Shown: positions 27,862 through 40,600 of the stretch, piece by piece | How the letters are laid out: the number at the start of each line of letters is the position of its first letter | Position numbering within the stretch: the first letter of the stretch is position 1 | Origin: Antedon mediterranea | Taxonomy: Eukaryota; Animalia; Echinodermata | Length of the DNA: 64,000 bases | Direction of reading: 5' to 3' | Assembly: GCF_964355755.1 (NCBI RefSeq) | Contig: NC_092678.1 | Location: 6,650,422 to 6,714,421 of the forward strand | Position numbers and translations under genes: made by a program | Notes under the pieces: model-generated | Seen by the model: only the letters and a program-made list of their open reading frames with translations | Database searches by the model: none | Told to the model about the DNA's origin: nothing

Positions 27862-29216
27862 CTGTATATAGATTAAATTAATTTAAAATGCATCATGCCA
27901 TTTTTTATATATTTTTTGTATGCATTTATAAACTGTATAGTTATAATCTAACAATAAACTTGTTCCTCTGTTATACAATTTAAATGGTATTTCTTTTAAT
28001 TGTTCGTTTCTTGCAGGTTGTAACATACTCTAAATAATTACGAGAGTAGGCCTAATACCTAACAAGTGCTATTATACACAGATGGACATTACTGCATGAT
28101 TGTAGGTAATATAACGATATTGTATATAATTTAGCTATTAATATTAAAGTTTCCATTCAAAACTGCATTGACGTTTATAGTTTATCTGGAAAACTACACG
28201 ACGAGGTCAACAAATCAGAAGAATGCTGTAGCGACACTGCGATAGCTCATTATAGTGGTCTACATTGTTGTGGCCCAATTCATTTTATATTGTAGGCCTA
28301 CAGTTCCTACCTATTCTATTATTGTTTATTTCTTGTAATTTTGTATTTTTAGGTGTCAGTGGGTTTCCTGCTGCTGTAGTGTTAATTATCAATGGTATTG
28401 TAGTTTCTGTAGTTGAATTGTTTTGACATTTTGACCTACGTCGACTTTTTATTGTTGGCCTAATTGTTATTTTCTATATCATGTTGTTTTTTTTTTGTAC
28501 ATTTCTTTTGGATGCACCTTCCATTTGGTCGAGTGCCACTGTTGTTAAAGTGTAATCTCCAAATAAATTATTATTATAATAATAATTATAACTCTGTATA
28601 GCGATAATACAGGCCGCCCTCAACGTTGTAGGGAATTTCCCCAAATTAAATTTGATAAACATCATAATTTAGAGGCCAACATAATTTGTTTTAATTGTTA
28701 TTACTTCAATTCATTATTCATTCAGTAAAGTTAAATACAACTATCGAATCATGGTTTGTAATGTTATTATAATTAGGAATTGTTTTTAGGCCTGCAATAT
28801 ACGTGCACACCTACTAATCCAAGCCTAGGCCTAGGCTAGCTAGGAGGCTATAGGCCTACTCTACTTAGCCTAACAAATTCTACTAGCTGCTCGGGCCAGG
28901 CCTGCGTCGTAGGGGCCGCCAGGCTTAACCGGATAATAAGGCCTAGCTAGGCAGAAGGTTCGGCTAGACTTAGTAGTTGCTTTTCGTACTACTAGTAGTT
29001 GCATTTCGTACTACTACTGTCTCAGTCAATGAAAGCTAGCTAGACTTTCAACGACTTTTTTTGTATTCTAAAATGCCTGGCAGGAGGGGCCTAGCCCTAT
29101 CAAGCATTTATCTTATCTTATTATTTGTCTTGCTCATTTTAATCATTAATTTACTGGCGTATGTTAATTTTGGTAATTGAATACACTACTGTTTCTCAAC
29201 ACAGAGTTCACCCATT

Positions 29217-31951
29217 ATGAAAACACAACTGTTTAAAAACAAATTGATTATGGTTGAAGAACTAAGTTTAGAGGAACTTAGAACAGAACTTGAAGACAGA
29301 AGTCAAACTGTTGGACCACTTCTAGGTAAAGTTTTCTTCTAGGCAAGTAGCCTAGTTCCAATCCATCCTTCATTATAGAACAATTTTATTTGAACCCCTA
29401 TTAAGAGGACACCTTCATGACCCTAAAAAATGTGTTCAATTATGTAGGATTGTCCACTCTATAGGTGTTTACCGTAGTGTTCAAATATATATTTCACATC
29501 AATGGTTTTACCAGAAACATCTCCCCATTAAATAAGAGTTGGTCAGACTCTTGGTAAATTGTCCCTTTAAAATGTGAAAATACGCAAACTGTAACAAACA
29601 TATATATCTTCCCTTTTTTAATCACTTTGTCGGGGTCATCTTACTATCTGTTTACTTCTGTCTTTCAACATCAACATTTAATTTTTAAATCACCTTTATT
29701 TATTATCGTTGTTATCATAGATTCAACTATTAAAGTTTACCAACGACAACTTGCTAGATTGTTAGCTGAAGAAACAAGATCAGGAGGCAACGTGGAGTAC
29801 GCAGAAGAGGAGGAAGAACGATATAGCAATTCAGATTTAGGGTGTAAGTTTTTATAACTATGAGGTTAAAGGTCGTTTTCTTTAATTTACAATTGATATT
29901 ATAGTAGTCGCATTTTAAATCGTTATCTTAAGAATATACTTACCCAAAAAAATCCTTTGAACCTCAATAAAGATTACGAATGTATCTAGCCTCACTCCAT
30001 ACAAAGTTGATTTATCTTGACCAAAATAAAACATGTTTTACTTTGTTACATTACAAAAAATATTAAAATATATATATATATATAAAAATATATTTGGACG
30101 TTCTTCAATAATAATGTGTCGTTCTTATATAGCGCTTCTCGTACAAAGCCTCTAAGCGATTCACATTATTATTCCGGTCATTTTTTTTATCAAACACGAA
30201 TGAGAACATACTCCCATAATGCAGCCTCTGCACAGCGTTTTCCTTGCCACAATGCAACTTTTGATCACTAGTCCAACACACTGCGCGCTACATGTCTTTG
30301 GTGTATCTTTCAAAATATAAAATATTTATACTGTATTGGGTATACTTTTAGATGAAGATGAAGAAGATGAGGATGAACGAAACAGTCATGTTCAAGCAGG
30401 AGGAGATTCAGGGTACATATTTTTTATGCAATGAAAAGTAAAAATTGTAGACTTACCATTTCACAGAAGTATGGCAATCAATGCTGAGAGGGTAATGTTC
30501 ATGCTTCAGTGGGTAGTGGTCATGCCTCAGTAGTTAGTAGTCATGCTTCAGTGGGTAGTGGTCATGCCTCAGTAGTTAGTAGTCATGCTTCAGTGGGTAG
30601 TGGTCATGCCTCAGTAGTTAGTAGTCATGCTTCAGTGGGTAGTGGTCATGCCTCAGTAGTTAGTAGTCATGCTTCAGTGGGTAGTGGTCATGCCTCAGTA
30701 GTTAGTAGTCATGCTTCAGTGGGTAGTGGTCATGCCTCAGTAGTTAGTAGTCATGCTTCAGTGGGTAGTGGTCATGCCTCAGTAGTTAGTAGTCATGCTT
30801 GAGTGGGTAGTGGTCATGCCTCAGTAGTTAGTAGTCATGCTTCAGTGGGTAGTGGTCATGCCTCAGTAGTTAGTAGTCATGCTTCAGTGGGTAGTGGTCA
30901 TGCCTCAGTAGTTAGTAGTCATGCTTCAGTGGGTAGTGGTCATGCCTCAGTAGTTAGTAGTCATGCTTCAGTGGGTAGTGGTCATGCCTCAGTAGTTAGT
31001 AGTCATGCTTCAGTGGGTAGTGGTCATGCCTCAGTAGTTAGTAGTCATGCTTCAGTGGGTAGTGTTCATGCCTCAGTAGTTAGTAGTCATGCTTGAGTGG
31101 GTAGTGTTCATGCCTCAGTAGTTAGTAGTCATGCTTCAGTGGGTAGTGGTCATGCCTCAGTAGTTAGTAGTCATGCTTCAGTGGGTAGTGGTCATGCCTC
31201 AGTAGTTAGTAGTCATGCTTCAGTGGGTAGTGGTCATGCCTCAGTAGTTAGTAGTCATGCTTCAGTGGGTAGTGGTCATGTCTCAGTAGTTAGTAGTCAT
31301 GCTTCAGTGGGTAGTGGTCATGCTTCAGTAGTTAGTAGTCATGCTTCAGTGGGTAGTGGTCATGCCTCAGTAGTTAGTAGTCATGCTTCAGTGGGTAGTG
31401 GTCATGCCTCAGTAGTTAGTAGTCATGCTTCAGTGGGTAGTAGTCATGCCTCAGTAGTTAGTAGTCATGCTTCAGTGGGTAGTGGTCATGCCTCACACCA
31501 TTGTTTTTTTTGTTGTGATTGTAATTAAAATTATAATCAATTAAAATACCTTATTGTTTACGTTAGGAAAATTATTATTAAATTACATATTTAGAAAAAA
31601 ATCGGGTGAGATTCAAACCCACAACCTCCAGATTACTAGCCTGGCATTTATAACTCTGGACCACCGAGCATACATTATTCTCACCTTCGGACAAATATTT
31701 TCAGTGTTCAATGCAATATTAACAATCATATTTTTATTTCTATTCTTAGGCCACGCCAAAGACCCAGTGCGCAAAAGTCGTCAAGCCAACCACAACAGAC
31801 TAGTCCGTCACAACAGACAAGTAAGGCCAAAGGATTGGTACCGATATGGGTACAGAGTCTTGCCTTATTGATCCTATCGCTTTTAATTTTCGCAATATGG
31901 TATAATATGGAAGAAAGCGGTAGCTCAACTCCCAAAATTACTACAAACTAA
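29217..31951 (+). CDS. LEM-domain, C-terminally anchored inner-nuclear-membrane protein (emerin/LAP2/bocksbeutel-like), ~164 aa, 4 coding exons
   Basis: Exons 29217-29325, 29721-29843, 30352-30412, 31750-31951 are all GT-AG with consistent phases (495 nt). LEM motif LSLEELRTELEDRSQTVGPLLDSTIKVYQRQLARLL, acidic linker, TM VPIWVQSLALLILSLLIFAIWYNME. Alternative start ATG at 29250. Confidence 0.88.
30105..30290 (-). mobile_element. SINE/LINE-tail-like repeat fragment in LEM-gene intron 2
   Basis: Reverse complement resembles 37480-37560 (GGAGTATGTT...AATGAC.GG..TAATA...CGCTTAGAGG); ends in a short (TTA)n. Confidence 0.5.
30497..31495 (+). repeat. 42-bp minisatellite (two related 21-bp halves), ~24 copies, in LEM-gene intron 3
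   Basis: TCATGCTTCAGTGGGTAGTGGTCATGCCTCAGTAGTTAGTAG repeated. Confidence 0.97.
31600..31670 (-). mobile_element. tRNA-derived SINE head remnant
   Basis: Reverse complement GCTCGGTGGTCCAGAG...GGTTGTGGGTTTGAATCTCACCCG has A-box-like and B-box-like motifs. Confidence 0.45.
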
Positions 31952-32900
31952 AAGTTTTTTTTGCATTAATGGGTACAAGCTCTGAAATATAATCCTGCTA
32001 GATTTTGGTGATCAGGTACACTCTTACCAATTGTATAAGCCCATAGGGCTTATACCAAACCTGTTATGCTCCATAGTTTTTTAAGGCTTGGTTAACATTA
32101 GGATGCAACATGAACAGTACACACAAATTGACCAATCCGGTGAAAGTTTGAATGATCCAAATTGCTTGTGATTGGTCAAATTGCTTGCATTGTAAATCAA
32201 GGTTAACGATGATGGGACTGGCTAGCCCATTTGTACAATACACCCATTAGTACTGCTTATTCATTCAAATCTTTTTAAATAATTACTTTTTTTTACATTC
32301 ATAATTTCATACCACAATAATAAAGTCAAAAACATGATATAATGTTATATTTTTGCTTGTTTCATTTAATAATTTATATTACGTAGCAATGAGAAAATAT
32401 TAATTAAGTATTCTAAATTAATAATAACACATAATATTGTTTAATAATTATTTCAAGACATCGTTGAATATAAATTATTTTTTACTGTACTGTAGCTACT
32501 AAAACTAAACATTTACACTTAGCATTTATGTGTATTTGCATGAAACATTTGAGGTTTTTTGTCAATTTATTTGTTTGTTGTTGTTATTAAAAAAAAGTAG
32601 AAAACCCTCTTTTTTGGGATGCCCAATACAGGGACACTTTACTGTGGAACAACTACACATTATCAGCCAACCCTGAAAGGGATCACTTTGTTGTGTCTTG
32701 TCTCTATGTACTATATTTAGGACCAATTTTTCACAGCAAATGTTTTTTTATAAATAAAATGTACTTTACTTTAAAGTATTTGATTTATCGTATACTTTAC
32801 CAAGTAAAAAATATTTGTTTAAAAAAAATATTATTAATAGGCTAAAAAACGAGGTTAGTTTTACTGTTTTTTTATTAAACGAATGAATTTATTTATACAG

Positions 32901-33019
32901 TACCTCTTTCACATTGCCTAGCAAAACTTCACAATTTACACACATCTGTGTTTCGTATTGAGCATTCCCCCAGTTGTGCGTAAACTGCCAAGTTTTGCTA
33001 GGTGATGTGAAAAGGGGTA
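32901..33019. mobile_element. Small MITE-like element
   Basis: Imperfect ~29-bp terminal inverted repeats TACCTCTTTCACATTGCCTAGCAAAACTT / AAGTTTTGCTAGGTGATGTGAAAAGGGGTA. Confidence 0.7.
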
Positions 33020-33207
33020 TTAGTTCTACTATATATGAACATTTAGTTTTTCACAACTTCTTTTAAAGTTAAAGATCATTTTGCAGCTTCAATCAAGTTA
33101 ATCACTTTCGTAGGGAAAAAATGGAGAAAATAATGTTTTCACTTTTAAAAAGACAATAAACGTTTAAATTCAATTAGCATCCACCTATTTTTTGCTTTAA
33201 ATTACAG

Positions 33208-33302
33208 TTTTTAGTCGCGTGCAAACGTCGGTTGGTCGGCCAGTCGGTAAACACTAACTCAAATTTGAGCACGCGACTGCAGCCATGTATATGGCCTTGT
33301 TA
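33208..33302 (+). mobile_element. Short Helentron-type non-autonomous element
   Basis: TTTTAGTCGCGTG...CACGCGACT...GCCATGTATATGGCCTTGTT; shares GGTAAACACTAACTCAAATTT with 25623-25748. Confidence 0.7.
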
Positions 33303-34626
33303 AGGTACATATACATTTTTTTTTAGGGGGACAATAGATTTTTACAATGTTAGATGAATTGTTCGTTTTCTATTATATAGCTACATCTTTTATTAATGGC
33401 ACTTTTGGCTTGCGATTAGCTTGCCTTTCAATCCCAAGTCTCTTGGTTCAAATCCTGTACAATGCAGGATTTTTAGTAAAACAATGCATTGTCATATTTG
33501 GATTGAGTTTAGTATTTTTTTCTCTAACATATTATATTTCTTTGTTTTGTGTATTGATACAATTGTGAGATTATTATATTTATTGTGGATATAGTAATAA
33601 AAAAAATAGCCGAAATTGTTTTATATTTTATTTATTGTTTAGCCAATATAAAAATGGCAAAATTTATCACAGTAATAATAGTATAATCCTTCATACCCTC
33701 TCTCAGGAGCGAGAATCGAAGGTCAAGGGGTAAATTGAGTACCCAAAAAAACTCATGGAAGGTCAACATTACCATTTGACCCCTACATATTTGTTCTGCT
33801 CAATGCAGAATTCTCAATTGATGTTCTGCTTTTGACGAGTGGAGTGGGGCATTTATTTGCATTTAAAAATTAGAAAGAATGCAGCACAATGACGTGGGAA
33901 CCAACGACACAACAGTGCAGGAAAAATTGCTACGGGATATAAAATCAGTTTGATTTCACGTAACAATGCAAGCAAAAGAACAATGGAAAACATAGTATGC
34001 GGGTTAAACCAGGTCAAAGTCTACGGAAACTGACGTTGACGCGCAACTAAGCAGGTTTGATTTCATGCAGGCCGGGGAAACACAATTATTGGAAGGGCAT
34101 TTTCTTACGTTGCGCAGTTTGCGTTCATATCTAGTGAGAACTATGCTTTACTGCGTATCAAAGATATTAACTATATGTATAATATATAATTTTATCATAT
34201 AACTTTGACCCCTATTCATAAATCGTTTTCTTGTACTCTTGATACAGCCAGCAAAATTGCACACCCTCTTTCCCCACTCTCATAAGCGTCGGAAATACTG
34301 TAAAAGAATCAATTGACGCCACCATCAAAATAAATTAAGTTAAGTCAAGATTGTGCTTTTGATCCAACAAAACTGTCAAAATTCTGCTTAAAACGTAGAA
34401 AATTATCTTAAAATAAAACAGTTATACCTATAAACACATGCACGTCCAAAAATGTCCAGCTCTTCTGCTTAGTGCTCACACACCTCGCTCTTCCGCTTAG
34501 TGCTCACACACCTCGCTCAGTGGTTTACACCGCATTATCAATATTACCTTTATTCAACACTAAAAAAATTGTTTGTGCTTTCAGCGCTTCCTCAACTTTA
34601 TGTCCACTCTCAATTAAAATTATAAT

Positions 34627-37600
34627 TCAGACTTCTTTCATTATTTTTCTGAAGGATAACGAATCAAACCACGACAGTGTCTTTATTTTGATGCGTCCAT
34701 TGTCTGCTTTAACGTGAATCTTGTTATCTTTTGAATGATCACCAATCACACCTGAAAAATTGGCACCATGGTATATAATATTATACAAATAATGAATGTT
34801 TATGAGTGTAATGGTACAAATAATGGCATGCAGTAAATGATGAAATGAAAAATTGGCACCATGGTATATAATATTATACAAATAATGAATGTTTATGAGT
34901 GTAATGGTACAAATAATGGCATGCAGTAAATGATGAAATGAAAAATTGGCACCATGGTATATAATATTATACAAATAATGAATGTTTATGAGTGTAATGG
35001 TACAAATAATGGCATGCAGTGAATGATGAAAGCATATATATCAATGATTCCACGTCTTGTAGAGATGTTCCCATTAATTAATCAAAATCCTACACGATCT
35101 AAAGCTAATTTAAATGCCTTTTTAATGGAAATTAGTATATATCTCTACAAAAACGTACTTCCATTGCGAAAAAATCAGTCGCCGTGAAAGTACAAAATAG
35201 GTGGCGCTGTTGTCTTTCAAAAGCAATAGTATAAAACAAAATATTTTACAAACGCGAAAAGATTTTTTTTCCCGTACACAAAAAAAAGGTACTATTAAAC
35301 AATCGTTTCACCCATATTCGTCCAATCAAATGACAGGAATTTATTTAGGAGTTATATCAATATATATATTATAGCTCAAATATTGACTGTCTGGCGATTA
35401 GTTGAAATGGTATTGCATGATCAACTTTTTTCGAGCGTGTGTAGTAAATTTAGACTAGAATAGCTTTTATAAACACAGCCTACTGATTTGACATTTGATT
35501 GGTTAATTACGCATAGCGTGCCGTTCATGATTTTGCACTATTTTATATCAGAGTTTGCATAACACAACGCTTTCTTTCTGCTATATTAAACTGCACCTGA
35601 CATAATAATTATGTGCTTTTCATTCTTTTCATTCGTGAGCGGTAATCCTATGCACACTTTTGTAATACACCAGACAGGCCAGTGATGTAAGTCTGTTATT
35701 TGCTTCTTTTGATTGCTCTCTTTAGTTTAGTTCAGGCTTAATACCATATTTGTACATTTTGTTAATTTAACCTGAATACATTTTAGTTACGTTTTTAATT
35801 TGAACCGCAATAAATCAAATGAAGTGCAAAACCTGGTTGGAAGTTTTTTTTTGTATACCGAATAAGTACGACGCTACGAGCGTTACAGAGTTCAATGATG
35901 GTGCAGCACAACCAGAATGTGCGACTGTCGACTGTGCGTTCGAAAATCAATTTGTAGTGTGCGCCATCTACAATCGCATATTCAAAATCAGATTGCTTGG
36001 CCTAGTGGGTGTCTTAATAATGAATGTTTTATATGAGGTGAAATTTTCACCTCATGAAATTATTTGTACAAATGCACTCATAAACATTCATTATTTGTGT
36101 TCTATTTGCCAATAAACAACTTGAAAACTAGAGTGTGCCACCTATAACTCCTGTACCCAAAACCAAACTCTAGCCTCCTTCGACAATTGGAAATATCTGA
36201 GCCATAATATAAAACAAAATATGCAAAGAATATTTTTAGTTTATGGTTAAAATTATGAGTGCTTGGTGCCAGCAATTTACCTTCTACTTTTGTAATGTCC
36301 CCAGCTTGTTCTTGAGCACAATCTGAAAACTGAGGTGTTTCTGGTAGAATAACCTCATTTGCATTCAAATGCAGGTGTGTTTTTAGCTCAGTCGGTACTT
36401 TGACTACAACATCTCCTAAAAATGTTAAACCATAGTATTATACAGTATTCTATATAATCTTTTTGAGAATGATATGGTATAATGGAACGGTGTATCAGCC
36501 TACTGTAGCATGTGAAAGGCATGGGTTCGACCAGTGTGTGCCATATTGCTTTTCACTATAGGCAAGACACTTTACTCTCGTCCTTCTGATGGGACATAAA
36601 GCTGTTGGTCCTCCATACAATGCAAGTGTGACAATCCAATCAAAATGTCTTCATTTTCCAGTAAAACCAAGGATGATTAATTCAATACATTTACTCTGTT
36701 GTTATTATTTCTACCTTGAGTATTGTTAATGTAGATATCTTTGTGTCTGATGGCGTAAACATCAAGAAGTCCACTTGTTACTTCTGAATATAACGAACCG
36801 TCTAAGCTACCTGTCAACACAAAAAGTAACAATGACAATTTATGTTTACTAATATAATATAAATTGAATTTTCAGTACTTTGCTAATTTGACTATTTTTT
36901 GCTTTAAATTACATTTTTTTAAACTAAATAATTTTTTTTCTCGTGTATTGCAGTATTTTGGACGTTTGACTACTCATCGTCAGATCAAGGTTCGAATCCA
37001 ACTCTCGCCGCATTACTTGTATTCTTAGGCAAGATACTTTACTTACGTTTGCCTCTCTCCATCCAGTTGTATAAATGGGTACTTGGTTTATAGATCAAAA
37101 CACAACCTTTCGCTGATTACTAGCTGCATTATTTTTTTTAAATTTTAATTTTTATACTGTATTTTGTATCATCATTGTAAACGACATTTAACTGGAGACT
37201 TTAAATTTATATTTACAAAACTTTCAAAAAACAATTAAATCAGATTATAATTTAAGGTAAAATGGTTAATAAAACACTAAAAATAAAATATTGACACTCC
37301 ATCAAAGTTAGGTACAGTATTGTACTTTTTGCTCTTTAGTTTCTTTTTGTACAATCCGTTTCCTTATAATTGTTTATTTTTTCCTTTTTATTTTCTCTTT
37401 ATACTTTTATTTAGCCTTCAGGCTAACATAATGTATGTAATGTATGCCGCCGATTTAAAGGCGTATGTTCAATTATTATTATTATAGGAGTATGTTTCCA
37501 TACGTGTTTGATCCAAAAATGACTGGGGTAATAATATTCAGCGCTTAGAGGTTTCACAACATTATAACATCATATATCATCAGGAATAGTCCTGGACAGG

Positions 37601-40600
37601 GAGATGAGCGCCCCTGCCCACCGATGAGTTTCGGGATCCCTTTGACCCGGAGGGAGAGTACCCGTCAGGGTCCCTACCAAGGGTTACAGGTCCCAGGTTT
37701 TTAGTTGTTTTTAAAATTAATTAGTGTTCCATGACCTTCTCATCAAAATTAACGTCTCTCATTGTTGTGCTATGTCAACATAATGTCATTGACAGCGAAA
37801 TGTCCCCAATAATGGGGATAGCTATGCAAACAAGTAACAAGTAAGTAATATAAATCCAGGATTATTATAAAATTTTTGACCTATGCGACACTAAAATGGC
37901 ATATTCAACAAAAAACTATTTTTTCAGGGGGACAATATATCTATAACCTTTTAAATTATATTAGGGTTTTTAAATGTTTGTGGTAATGGTGTGCCACTAT
38001 AATAAAAGTATAGTATCCAAATAAATACTATGTTTACATGTTCAATCATTAGGCAAATTCCTAGATACAGTATCACATGTTACATTAATTTTAATCTAAC
38101 CTAAAAAGTATTTATATGATATAGTACTATGTGAAGAATATGTGACACTGTATCACTCCTACAATCAGAAAATAGTAAAAAAAATAACAATACCAATATG
38201 AACGTCTCCAGATTCAGTCTTTATATTGCACTCTCCGTGCAGATTACCAGTTATTATATCGCCCTCTTGTGATTCTATCGTCGTTGCTTTTCCATAAATA
38301 TCACTACACGTAATTGTGCCTTCTTTTGATGTTAATTTTACAACGTGACCCTGAATCTTGTCCGTCTTAATATTCTGAAAAAATTAATACATTGAAAAAT
38401 TATACTGTTCACATTTGTAGTACCAGGGGTGGATTGCTATAAAACAGTCTTAACTGATGGTCTTAATAACTCCATAATAAAAGCCGGTTTTATCAGATAG
38501 ACGGTCGGAACAGTAACAAATTGAGGGCGTACTTTTTGCATAGAATACCAAATAAGGTAATGTTCATCACGCTTGCTCAATTCACAATCATAACAGTACG
38601 TACATTTCTAGGCGAGAAAATATCATATTTTATGCTTTTTATTTTATTATAGCCAGCTAAGACTGTTTATAGACCGTTTATAGCAATCCACCCCTGGTAA
38701 ATTTTAACAACAAAACATAAGAATGTTTTAAAATGTCATTATTATCATCTACAAACTTAAATTAGGAGTGTATTTTTATGTGTGTTCTATTAAGAAAATG
38801 TTAAACTCAGCTGAGTAGTTTCTGGGGATATAGGAACGTACTGTACCTCAATTTTCTTAAAATCACAGAAAGATACTAAATCAATAAAAAGGTGTCCAAA
38901 TGCAAACAGGTGGTTTGTGGTTGTCATTTAATTTCGAAGAAAAGTTCAAAGAGCTCAGGATTATGTTTATCAATGGTAGAATCCCTATTTGGAGAAACCC
39001 CAACAAAATGTCAACAAGAGTGTCCCCTAAAAATAGGTTGGCTGTACAGTAAGTAAGGGGTAAAATGTTTATTTCTTGGACATTGTACTGTCCCCTTAAT
39101 AGAGGCGTCTCCTGAAAAAGGGTTCTACTGTAGGATGCAACATGCACAGTTTAGTGGCGTGGCTAAACCAGGGGCCCTGAGCAGGGCCAAGAGTAAGAAA
39201 ACTAGCATAAAAATATGTCGAAAAAGGGTCCTAGCTAAAAATTCCAGAGGGCTCCAGCGTTGACGGGCCGCTTTAGAGTCTATAAACCAAGGGCCTCTGA
39301 TGTCTGTGTTACACCACTGAACATGCAATACTTACTCCATTATTGTTTGCAGTCAATGAAACATTTCCAAGAAGGGACTTTACAATGCTAATATTACCAC
39401 CTTGACTAACAGCTGTAGCCTGGCTTGTCTGTGAAAACAAATCAATAAATCAAATATTTATACAAGCTTACTGTATGCTTAACATTTAAAATTTAATATT
39501 ATAATAACAGAATGTTCTTAGTAAGTTTAATTTGTGTGACGTAATCGCAGTTTAATATAAGTGAAACCCCACTCCACATTACCTCTTCACTGGGGAGGGG
39601 GGTGTATATTTAGTACACTCTCATTCTAAAAAAATATTTAAGTTAATTTATTAAGTTCAACAGTGGAACACCTCCTTTGGGACACCTATAAAAGGGACAT
39701 TTCCACAAAGGAATGAGGGAAAATGTATATGCTAACACTACTACCGGGGACACCCCTATTAATGGGACACGCTCTTGTGTAACGAATCAGGGAAAATAAG
39801 AGTTTTAACAAGAGACCTCTATTATACCCCATCTCACTAGAATGTGATTATACTACGATGGCCAAATTGTCCTGGATCTTGCTAGATCGGCTGTAGCGTA
39901 GTCGTTACGGGACGAAGCGTCTGTGAACGGGATGGAACGGCATAGTCCAGAACGCAGCTTTTACGGCTGTCGTCCAACGGGACTCAATCGCCGATAACGG
40001 GGTAGAACCGGGGCAGAAGCGCCTTCGACCCTGGGTCCTTTTTGGACACGCTTGCCGATCGCCCAGAAGCCCAGTACTAGCGGGGGCCAATCATCAATAA
40101 CAGAGCTTGGCCGCAACTCTGTCTTCCACATTGTATCTGGATCTGGGCTCTTCTTTAGCGGGACTCTATCGTTTACGATCGGCTTGGAAATGTAGTACTA
40201 TCGGCGTACGCACGCAACACAGGCGCTTCCCTATCAGCTGTAGCTCAGTACTCGTGTAGTAGAGTGCTTTCAGGAATTGAAGCCGATTCTCCCCGATTTG
40301 CAGATCGGGATGGATCGCCATTGTCCTCCCAGATACGGCTTCTAGTGAGATGGGGGATTTAAGGAAAACTTTTTGAGTTACAAAAGTGTCCCCGTAATAG
40401 AAAATCAAATGTATTATCTTTTTCTGACATCCTATTAAATAAAATTGAATATTTAATCATTTCGAAAATTATTTTGACAATGAATCTACACTATCAAACT
40501 GACAAAAAATGTGATGTGCCCATATATAACGGTGACTGTAGTTTCTGTAATACTTGCCTTCAACGAGCGCATGATGCAGTCGCCCTTTTCCGTTTCAAAA

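Noticed and set aside
28631-28640. Perfect kappaB consensus GGGAATTTCC upstream of the LEM gene
   Set aside because: Single 10-mer with no positional conservation or known TSS; could be chance
30509-31528. SHASVGSGHASVVS repeat ORFs
   Set aside because: 42-bp intronic minisatellite with in-frame stops; the LEM gene splices cleanly across it
36475-37090. Possible tRNA genes (GGTTCGA boxes)
   Set aside because: No complete cloverleaf; followed by SINE core-like sequence
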